From Poseidonia sp. (GTDB lineage: Archaea > Thermoplasmatota > Poseidoniia > Poseidoniales > Poseidoniaceae): 64,000 bases of DNA. Positions 50,401 to 59,600 of the stretch are shown here, piece after piece; the first letter of the stretch is position 1, and each line of letters begins with the position of its first letter. The stretch covers positions 51,932 to 115,931 of the forward strand of contig JASLVM010000002.1 of assembly GCA_030741355.1 (NCBI GenBank), given 5' to 3'. The notes under the pieces were generated by a model. The model worked only from the letters and a program-made list of their open reading frames with translations. It was not told where the DNA came from and ran no database searches. The translations under genes and the position numbers were made by a program.

Positions 50401-50958
50401 GGCGCTGATGCATGCCCGCTTGCGTACGGCAACTCAAGCGCTGACCGCATCGGCTGCGTCGACACCGACGGAGACAACTACTCCGACCCAACACCTGAAT
50501 GGCGAGCAGCAGAGGGTGCTGACGCATATCCTGAAGACCCAACACGATGGATCCTCGAACCTGAAAGCGACGGAGCCCTCTTCGCATCCACCAATGTGCT
50601 CATCGGTGGTGGCGTCGGGCTCGTGGTCGTTCTCGCACTTGTTGGCCTATTCATGAGAGGTCGACGACCAAAGGCCGACAATTCGGCTTGGGAAGTTCCT
50701 CCCAACGTGGGCATGCCTAATTTCAACGCTCAACCCGCCGCAGGTGTTCAGCCAGGATATGCCGCACCGGTTTCGATGCCAAATTTCAACGCACAGCCTG
50801 CTGCCGTGGCTCAGCCAGCCTATGCCGCACCCGTTGCTGCACCCGTGGCTCAACCTGACCCTGCAAGGGAGTACTACAACAGCCTCCTCGCCCAGGGGTA
50901 TCCCCACGAAGATGCCGTACGGTACACACAGCAATACTTCAGCCAATTCCACGGATGA
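47476..50958 (+). CDS. Giant surface protein with SBBP-type beta-propeller repeats, TSP3-type repeats, a TM and a repeat-containing cytoplasmic tail
   Basis: It has an N-terminal hydrophobic anchor or signal. Repeated G(D/N)xxVAGY..G..DFG and DxF(V/I)xKLxxxG blocks are present, along with many DxDGDGxxD motifs. A TM (LIGGGVGLVVVLALVGLF) is followed by the tail. Confidence 0.8.
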   Translation: MRVNHVAVATTFTALILTSFLMGFAIEQPAEQPVLDHHPVEHTSARSSSAEVFLASGGSTSHDEFSGAIVASDSGYFVAGDVNSSAASLTFGPHSYVPTSPYSNGNDFFLASLDNNGGWNFLVGADHTQGGVSFMSDVASHAGNAIVAGYMYGPVDFGQTSLSSAVQFDAFVAQTDAAGNWMWAKGFQTLPNSSSDSSIPQALAVDQLGDIIVAGYFSGETDFGGTTFNVSNPEIFIAKLDGANGALKWVVKGSGPGNQEVTDVVVDSNGNIHVSGVTQNNVLFGTQNYATVGTTDSFVVKLSSSGAIQSITGYGIPNQAVSLTNMAVDNAGDLYVGGSFEGTMAKNGWSITANKGGADLFFIKEGTTSNNQWAVTGGSNAADSLSGMEVTSRGELIFTTFFASSTFTGGTKGATPTTSSWTTINADALMGGLTNTGGWSWLDVTASNALELGWGIAVNSSDIAAVMGSYAGPSGSNTITKGTNSVSSTGGWDNFVWALDPSMKADSDNDGVPDVSDNCPNDVNPLQGNTDGDAKGDACDPDDDNDGITDNAPDNCPRGGAANWGSTQNFDDPANSTDWDRDGCKDDVEDNDMDNDGIDNVDDQCPRSTYQPPRPNWVSDEITDVDGDGCRDIDEDTDDDGDGVPDSRDDCPTVVGDSTLGEEGCLDTDGDGWSDNFDDCPTEYGNSTLAGKNACPDMDGDGWADVDDAFDEDPTQWADADGDGYGDNTAGSTPDECPSVAGTSTADRLGCLDTDGDGYSDPDSQWNTEYGADAFIDDATQWSDFDGDGYGDNYANTSWDDRNPSWPGVYREDVVLQDACPTKEGTSWQNGLIGCPDQDGDGWYNLQDAFPNDATQWSDMDGDGYGDNISGNDADRCPEIAGTSTLDRLGCVDTDDDGYSDPDITWTPEQGADAFMADPTQWADQDKDFFGDNPAGDRADDCPTVRGTSFIDRFGCEDSDGDGISDATAEWTLEQGADACPLAYGNSSADRIGCVDTDGDNYSDPTPEWRAAEGADAYPEDPTRWILEPESDGALFASTNVLIGGGVGLVVVLALVGLFMRGRRPKADNSAWEVPPNVGMPNFNAQPAAGVQPGYAAPVSMPNFNAQPAAVAQPAYAAPVAAPVAQPDPAREYYNSLLAQGYPHEDAVRYTQQYFSQFHG
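50713..50832 (+). repeat. Two tandem 60-bp (20-aa) repeats in the cytoplasmic tail
   Basis: MPNFNAQPAAGVQPGYAAPVS is followed directly by MPNFNAQPAAVAQPAYAAPVA. Confidence 0.8.
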
Positions 50959-50976
50959 GTCGGGGGGACGGACCAG

Positions 50977-52604
<1,628 letters not shown>

Positions 52605-52705
52605 TCACACCTCTTGGTGTGTTGGCCTCCCCTAACAAAGTCCCTTTCTAATGGTTGTCCCTCTTTCATCTCCCCAACCATGGATTGAGAGGAGGAAGAA
52701 GGCGC

Positions 52706-53149
52706 TCAAAAGGAGCAAACGGTCAGGTATCGCTCCAGCCGTTCAACGCGACGTTGGCCGTTGTCATCGACTTCACTCATGGCCCGAATTGATTCTTCGA
52801 TCAGTGCATGCTGATCTTCTTGCAAACCGATAATTCGACGAAGGTGGTCCAACATGGCCCACTCGTCTTCACTGATGACATCGTCGTCAAGAGCGGCGAT
52901 GAGAGCTGATTGGTACGTGGTGGCGTCTCCCATGTGGTGACCTCCGTATTCACTGTCCTCATCAAACGGCCATGCTCCGTCCCCGGCAACAATCGCACGG
53001 CATTCGGCCGTGTCGGCCGGCGCCACACCGAGAGCTTGAGCAAGGATGCGAAGAATTTGCGCTTCGTCGTCGGTAACAATGGCGTCGTCAAAGGCGATAC
53101 GAAGGGTTTCGAGATAGAGATAGAGTCCTCGGGTAGGGTGCAGTGCCAT
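52706..53149 (-). CDS. TerB/DjlA-N-like two-repeat acidic protein (tentative)
   Basis: Two internal repeats are present: DDAIVTDDEAQILRILAQALGV and DDDVISEDEWAMLDHLRRIIGL. The ATG is at 53149; position 53179 is a TTG. Confidence 0.4.
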   Translation of the reverse strand: MALHPTRGLYLYLETLRIAFDDAIVTDDEAQILRILAQALGVAPADTAECRAIVAGDGAWPFDEDSEYGGHHMGDATTYQSALIAALDDDVISEDEWAMLDHLRRIIGLQEDQHALIEESIRAMSEVDDNGQRRVERLERYLTVCSF

Positions 53150-53257
53150 GATTTCACGTAGAGATGGCTCGTCTTTCAAACTTCGCTCTCGAGAGAGAAG
53201 AGGAAGTCAAACACTATGTAAGACAGATAATTACAGATTGTCATCATTTGCAACACA

Positions 53258-53264
53258 TTTATAT
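53258..53264 (+). promoter_or_regulatory. TATA-box-like element upstream of the RHH regulator gene
   Basis: TTTATAT sits in the only AT-rich patch of the divergent intergenic region, about 38 nt upstream of the ATG at 53302. Confidence 0.3.
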
Positions 53265-53301
53265 GCCCGCCGCCATAGTCTCATCTCACGAGGCAACCAA
53301 G

Positions 53302-53673
53302 ATGACCCAGCCAACCAGCGCCGTTTCCCTCCGAATCACGGAGGATGACCTCGCCTTGCTGGACGCACGTATTGGGATGGACGGCGCTCGAAGCCGTTCT
53401 GATGTTGTGCGTCTTGCCATCCAAGAATTCCTTCACAATCAACCCCTCTTGCAGGGCATGAAATCCGTTCGCATTCCACTTGGTCGAAACGACCAGGTCC
53501 AACTTGGCAAATTGTACGAACTCCAAGGCACCACTCCGGAGATCGCCGCCCAAGAAGGACTCAAATTGTACATTGAACAAGCGATTGACAAGATCGTTAG
53601 AGAAAACAAACTCGATGATGTTCTGGAGGCGTCCAGAGCAGCAACGACACCACGCAACGAATACCAAGAATGA
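53302..53673 (+). CDS. Ribbon-helix-helix (CopG/MetJ-like) DNA-binding protein
   Basis: VSLRITEDDLALLDARIG...RSRSDVVRLAIQEFL follows the RHH beta-strand/helix/helix pattern. The ATG at 53302 lies downstream of the AT-rich putative promoter. Confidence 0.55.
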   Translation: MTQPTSAVSLRITEDDLALLDARIGMDGARSRSDVVRLAIQEFLHNQPLLQGMKSVRIPLGRNDQVQLGKLYELQGTTPEIAAQEGLKLYIEQAIDKIVRENKLDDVLEASRAATTPRNEYQE

Positions 53674-53751
53674 ATTGGTGAGAGACTGGAGGGGATGGGA
53701 TGAATTGGCAAAACTCGGGCTACAACCTAAGTGATGCCACCCTTGGAGTGA

Positions 53752-53942
53752 TGCAGGACCGGCCTGTCCTGCAGAGCTTTGTCTCGTTGTGTGAGCGTGC
53801 CCGTCGTGCACGCCTTGGCCTTGGTTCCCAAAACCAAACACCCCCACACACCTCCCTGGACGACGGCCAGGGAGGCTCAGATTCCACCCCCGTCAGTTGA
53901 CGTGGTGGTTCCCCCGTGCCCAGCCCCCACACTTCTGGGCAC
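53752..53942. ncRNA. Candidate structured RNA or palindrome array (six consecutive hairpins); family unknown, strand undetermined
   Basis: Perfect stems are TGCAGGAC/GTCCTGCA, GCGTGC/GCACGC, TTGGTT/AACCAA, CCTCCCTGG/CCAGGGAGG and GTGCCCAG/CTGGGCAC, plus one imperfect stem. The loops CCGTCGT and ACGACGG are exact complements. Confidence 0.3.
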
Positions 53943-54004
53943 ATTGATTTCCATCGGTCAAGCCTGTGACCTTCATGCGAATCCTTTAGGAGGGTCGCCG
54001 CAGG

Positions 54005-56125
54005 ATGGCGGATATGAACGAGGGAGAAGAACTGGTGGATTCCTCCACCTACCCATTCCTTGCTCATGCCAAACCCCGACCCGGCCAGTTGGAGATGATT
54101 CAAGACGGCATCAAGGCTCTCGAAAAGGGAGGATACCATTTGGCAGCGGCCCCGACGGGGATTGGGAAAACGGCGGCCTCCTTGGCTGCTGCCCTTGAAG
54201 TGGCCAGCCAATCTCCTCAGAAGAAAACCGTGTTTTTCTTGACCTCTCGCCAAACACAGCATCGAATTGTCGTGGACACTGTTCGCCGCATCAATCAACG
54301 ACGAAAGGGCATGATGCCGGTTCGTTTGGTGGACATGGTTGGCCAAGCAGGCATGTGCATCCAGCCTTTTGCCAAGGAGTCGCCGTTGGTGTTCTCCCTT
54401 CTCTGCAGTCAGGCGAGAAAAACGAGGTCCTGTAAACCATGGATCACATCAGCCCCTGGACTCAAAGAACGCATTTTGTCCTCACCGCTTCACGTCGATG
54501 AATTGGTGGAGATTGCCAGAACCCACACGGCGAACGGTGAAGCGGCCCAGACCTGCCCTTGGAAAGCGGCAAGAGAAGCAGTAAGTGGCGCTGATGTTTT
54601 TGTTGGCGATTACAATCATCTCTTTGACGACGGCGTCAGGGAATCCAGCCTCAAAGCCATGGACCTCTCCTTGGAGGACATCATCATCGTGGTGGACGAA
54701 GCTCACAATCTCCCCGACCGTATTCGAATGACGCTTGAAAAACGACTGACGAGAACGATGATTCGCAACTCGCAAATGGAATTGGAAGAATACGCTGGGA
54801 TGCTGGCACAGGCGATGAATGCGCCAGGCGGAGAGGCTCTTTCCATGAGTCATGGTCTCGCCATGTGGGCTTTTGAGGTGGTCAAGGCCTCACGGGTTGG
54901 TTTTGATGCTCTCTTTTCCCAGTACCTTCGAAACCTCTCCGGAAGGGATGAGGAAGCTGAGGTTGCCATAGAGGACATCCTCAATGTCTTTCATCGAGCG
55001 TGCGATACCGTCGAGGGAAAAGCCGGACAACAACAACTCGATGCACCTTCCACATCGAAGCATCCGGTGGTTGATGCCGCTGTCCGTATCCACCAACTTC
55101 GGGACATTCTCTCCAGTGTCGATGTCGACATGGAAGCTGGCGACGACGGGAATCCGATGGAACCCAACGCCCACCGTGTGGCTGAGATTCTGGATTGCAT
55201 GCTCAAATTTGGGTCCACTCCAGCCTTGACCATGGTCTACGATACCAAAGGCAAAGACGGTCGAATTACAACCCATCTCCTCGACCCAGGGTTGGTCTCC
55301 AAGCCCGTGTTTGAACAATCCGCAGGTGCGATGTTGATGTCAGGAACGCTCTATCCCCCCAGCATGTACGCCAATATTCTGGCGCTCCCGCCCTCCTCAA
55401 CCACATCGGTGGCTTACCCGTCGCCCTTTGCAGCCATGAGAAGGCCGGTGCTCGTTGCAAAGAATGTCACCACGAAATACACCGAACGAAGCCCCGAAAA
55501 TACCCGAGCCATCCGGACCCATATCCAAGCCCTGATCGACGCGTCCCCTGGAAACGTGGCGGTGTTTGCACCGTCCTATGCCATGCTGAACGAGGTGGTC
55601 CTCGAAGGGCATTTCAACGGTGTTCGAGTGATGGCTGAAAGTCGTGAATGGACCAAACAAGACCTCGACCAGGTGGTTGACACCCTTCTGGAAGAGAAGC
55701 GTCATGGACGGAAGATTTTGCTGGCGGGTGTTTTTGGAGCCCGACTTTCAGAAGGCGTTGACTATCACAGTGGAGCGTTGGATGCGGTGGCCTGCATCGG
55801 CATCCCGAACTCGCCGCCTTCCGTCCTCTCAAAAGCACTCAAAACCTACGCAGAAGAGCGTTTTGGCCGGAATTTAGCATGGCGTTACACGGTTTCACAG
55901 CCGGCGATAAACGCCATCTTGCAAGCCATGGGTCGGCCGATTCGGTCCATAGGTGACCGAGCGCTCATCCTTCTCTTGGACCGAAGGGTCACCGACCGGA
56001 CATACGCCGGTTGTTTCCCATCAGACCTGCGCATGAACGACGCCAGCGATCATGATTCAACCCATCGGTTTGCTCGAAGATTTTTCGCCAAAGTACATCC
56101 CGACCGCTCCCTTGAGAAGGAATAG
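54005..56125 (+). CDS. XPD/Rad3/DinG-family Fe-S DNA helicase
   Basis: It has Walker A (AAPTGIGKT) and a DEAH box (VVDEAHNL). Four Cys lie between them (GMCIQP, LLCSQA, RSCKPW, QTCPW). The C-terminal motifs are QAMGRPIRS and R..DR. Confidence 0.8.
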   Translation: MADMNEGEELVDSSTYPFLAHAKPRPGQLEMIQDGIKALEKGGYHLAAAPTGIGKTAASLAAALEVASQSPQKKTVFFLTSRQTQHRIVVDTVRRINQRRKGMMPVRLVDMVGQAGMCIQPFAKESPLVFSLLCSQARKTRSCKPWITSAPGLKERILSSPLHVDELVEIARTHTANGEAAQTCPWKAAREAVSGADVFVGDYNHLFDDGVRESSLKAMDLSLEDIIIVVDEAHNLPDRIRMTLEKRLTRTMIRNSQMELEEYAGMLAQAMNAPGGEALSMSHGLAMWAFEVVKASRVGFDALFSQYLRNLSGRDEEAEVAIEDILNVFHRACDTVEGKAGQQQLDAPSTSKHPVVDAAVRIHQLRDILSSVDVDMEAGDDGNPMEPNAHRVAEILDCMLKFGSTPALTMVYDTKGKDGRITTHLLDPGLVSKPVFEQSAGAMLMSGTLYPPSMYANILALPPSSTTSVAYPSPFAAMRRPVLVAKNVTTKYTERSPENTRAIRTHIQALIDASPGNVAVFAPSYAMLNEVVLEGHFNGVRVMAESREWTKQDLDQVVDTLLEEKRHGRKILLAGVFGARLSEGVDYHSGALDAVACIGIPNSPPSVLSKALKTYAEERFGRNLAWRYTVSQPAINAILQAMGRPIRSIGDRALILLLDRRVTDRTYAGCFPSDLRMNDASDHDSTHRFARRFFAKVHPDRSLEKE

Positions 56126-56142
56126 ACCTCGTCCGAAGGTTC

Positions 56143-56637
56143 ATGTGGGCTCGTCAATTCCAAAAGCCCATGGACGAATGGCAACCGCTCGACATGACGA
56201 CCGAAGACATGCCTTCCACGCCACTTGAGCCGGTGATTGATGGCCTCTCCACAGACGCAGCAAATCTTCAGGCAGCCTTTGAGATGGCGAACACCCATCT
56301 GGACGAAGTTCGTGCTCGACATACGGAAGTCTTGGTGACCGCAGGCATGCTTCCAGAGACGGGTCTATCGGACCGACATCCTGAACGTGCCTTGGCTTGG
56401 ATTGTGGAGGGGATCAACGGACGCGTGGACCCTGATGGACTCAGCATTCCCCTTCTCGGCACCCACGAAGAAGCGATTCAACTTCACGTAAAAACCACGG
56501 AAGACGCCACGCTGGTCAAACTTGACATCCACGACCCTAATGGAGACCCACTTGTTCGAGAACTTCCCCTGCCTGCCGATGCAAACGCGACGCTTCAAGC
56601 CACCTTTTCAGAAGGTCGTCTTCATCTGCGCTGGTGA
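56143..56637 (+). CDS. Hypothetical protein, possibly with an HSP20/alpha-crystallin-like C-terminal segment
   Basis: 164 aa, starting 17 nt after the helicase stop. The C-terminus VKLDIHDPNGDPLVRELPLPADANATLQATFSEGRLHLRW weakly resembles the last strands of an ACD. Confidence 0.3.
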   Translation: MWARQFQKPMDEWQPLDMTTEDMPSTPLEPVIDGLSTDAANLQAAFEMANTHLDEVRARHTEVLVTAGMLPETGLSDRHPERALAWIVEGINGRVDPDGLSIPLLGTHEEAIQLHVKTTEDATLVKLDIHDPNGDPLVRELPLPADANATLQATFSEGRLHLRW

Positions 56638-56641
56638 AACA

Positions 56642-59600
56642 TCAACGCGGTGGAACCTTTTGGATTTGGGCGATCTCACCGCTCATTCGGTTCAACGCTT
56701 GAGCAGCGACATCCTGGTGTTGCGAACCCATCTCTTCACGACTGTAGCGAGCCATCTCGAAGGTGTTGTCGAGCGCAGTCAAAGCGTCCTCTGAGACACC
56801 TTGCAAGGCCTGACGGATGGCAAATTCGAATTCACGCACGGTTTCAAAGTCCCTCCGTAGGAATCCACGTTGCTGCAAGAGACCGCACAAGTCCTGGTAG
56901 CACGTGAAAATTGCTTCCCGTGTTGCATCGCCAGCGGCCAAAAGTTCGGCGGTGTAAGCAAAGACTTCAGCAGCATCTTTGAGCAAGTCATCGGCCAATT
57001 GCTTTCGTCGATACATGACCACGCCGCCGGCGACGAGGGCCGCCAATGCAAGCACGAGGAGGTACGACCACCATGGTGTTTCAGCCTGCGCTTCAGTAAA
57101 TTCATACTGCACCGCGAAGCCTTCACTTCGGAGTGTTTCGAAGCCTTGGATGCTTTGAGCAGAGAGCCGTGGGTCATTCACGATGATGTCCATGGTCAAT
57201 TCACCCCAAACATCAGCATCACCGTAAGGCGGGTCTGCCTCAAACACGAACGTAGCAACACCGTTTTCATCGGTCTTTGAACCACGGTTGGCAAGTTGAG
57301 ACTGGTTTTCATCGTAGAGGTACACCAAGACATCGATGACAGGTACGCCTGCACCCGTGTCTTCAGCGATCACGGTGAGTGAACCACCGACATTTTCCTT
57401 CTCACCCTCAACCACCTCAAGGAGGTTAACGGTGATCACCGCATCAACTTGCACGAAGACCGTCTGGCTGATGCTCGCAGCATTGAGGTAGAAGGTGTCG
57501 TTTCGTGCAACGTCGAGGAAGAAGTATTGCGAGCCCACGTCCAACCAGTACGGAGCCGTAGCGCTGAGCGAGAAATTCCCGTTCGACCACACGACTGCGT
57601 TTTCAGAGAAGCAACGAGCTCCTTCTCGACCGCTGGAACATTCGGAGCCGTTTCCAATGGTCAGCACGAGGTTTTCGAACACCTCACCCGAGCCACCGAC
57701 TTCCTGCACAGAACCGGAATAGAAGATTGGCTGGAAGACGCTGTCAGAACGAGTCACGACGTTGGTGTTTGAACCAGCATCCACCTGGATGATGACGTCA
57801 GACCAAACACGGACACCGCTTTCCGCATCGGCGGCAAGGTGGGCCTGCGTACCTTCAAACACCACCGAGATGGTGTGTTCTCCACGCTCCAAATCCATGG
57901 TTGCGGGCACCGTTGCACTCCACTCACCGTCGGCTCCGGTCGTGGTGGCAAAGAGGGTGTTGCCGTCGAGTTTGACAAGGAGTTCAAAGCCAACCAAACC
58001 ATCACGGTCCACGGTATCAAAGTCGTAGAGACGACCGCTCAATTCCCATGTATCACCGCGGGTGGCATCAATGCCGTCCTCAAACACCAGCGTGACCCAA
58101 GAGCGATGGGAGAGGAAGAACGTCGCGTTGCCTTCTCCTCCTCGATAGTAGCCTTGAGGTGGAGATTCGGCTACCAAGGTCCGATTGCCGAAATCAAAGA
58201 TATCCGGCACGACCCAATCAAAGGCGAATGCTCCTGTTTCATCGGTGGTTAGCGTGGCGATAACAATGCCTTCAACCACCAATTGAACCTCGTGGTTCGG
58301 TACGCCAACAAGCTGGTTGTCAACAACCGAACCGGTGATGGCCACCGTTTGATTCACCGCAACAGGCGATGAGATGTCCACCGTGACCAAGACGGGGCTG
58401 AAGATTTCCCACAGGCCACTGGCGTTGCTCGGGAGATAGGCCACTGTTCCAGTGAACCGAGTTTCCAAGACAACCGGGCCGAGCGGTGCATCGGCAGGCA
58501 CAGGATGCACGGCTGAGAATTCACCGAGTTCGTCCGTGGTCGTGTTGGTGAGCCATTGGCCACCAAGCCACACTTCAATGGTCAAGTTCGGCAGCGGGTT
58601 GTCAACCAAGTCGAGGAGACGCCCTTGGATGGTGATCGTTGTCTCACGGTCAGCATCACCGGTGGCGGTGAGAAGGAGAATCTTGGTAGGCACACTGACG
58701 TTGAATTCCACCGTAGCCGAACTGGGCTGGTAGTACTCTGGATTGTTGATATCACCGTAGCCAACGGGGTCAACCCATTCACGACCGCCTCGGAATTCGA
58801 CCGTGATTTGATGAGGGCCTGCTGCCGTGTCCTCTGGCAGTACATAGGAGAAGGTGTAAGCCCCTGAGACGCTGTCGGTTTCGATGCTCGCCACAGGAAC
58901 ACCATCAATGAGCAAGTGCACCACGGCGGTTGAGGGCACACCGTTGGTTTGAAGCACCAGGCCAAGGTCATCAAGCAGCGTGCCGTTCACAACCAGCAAG
59001 TCACCGGCAACCAAGACCGTTGGTGCATCAACGATGACGACGTCGGTCTCTCCAAGCACCACGAAGAACGAACTGGCGTTGGTACCGACGATACCTGTTG
59101 TTCCTGCGATGCCGGTATAATCGGCGTGAATACCCGTTGGACCGACACTCATGTTGGCCGGAACCGTGAGATTACCCCATGCTGAGCCGTTGGAGGCCGT
59201 CAACACCGTGATTTGGACCGGTGAAGCGCCATCAAGGGTAGAGGTAAGAGATACGACGACGCTTTGGTTCGCCAACGGCAAACCTTGGTTATCCCGAAGA
59301 AGGACCGAGAATTCAACGATTTCACCCCGAACGGTTCGGTCGTTCAGCGAAGGTTGACCAATGCCATCGAGCGATGGAAGGATGAAATTCATCACCGAGA
59401 AGCCACGTGAATCGAAGGTGGTGTTGTTCTGTGAGCCAACGTAGAAGTTCACGTTGGGGATGTAGGTGGCTTCCATCAGATGACTGCCGGCTGCGAAGGT
59501 TTCAGTCAAGCGAATCGTGGCATTCCAGAAACCATCCACACCAACCGTCCCACCGGTGGCGGTGAACCCGGTGGGTTGACCATCAATGGAGAACAAAACG

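Noticed and set aside
53674-54004. Tested by eye whether the hairpin region is SRP (7S) RNA, RNase P RNA, or a C/D or H/ACA sRNA
   Set aside because: On neither strand did I find a GGAAAGUCC-type P4 sequence, a helix-8-like GGAAGG(A/G)AGCA motif, a C box paired with a D box (CUGA) at the right spacing, or pocket-containing H/ACA hairpins. I therefore left the family unassigned.
53700-54198. ORFs of 66 aa (53700-53900) and 139 aa (53779-54198) in the large intergenic gap
   Set aside because: I recognised no motifs in them. The second overlaps the helicase start in another frame. The region is dominated by perfect palindromes, which fits RNA or DNA structure better than coding sequence.
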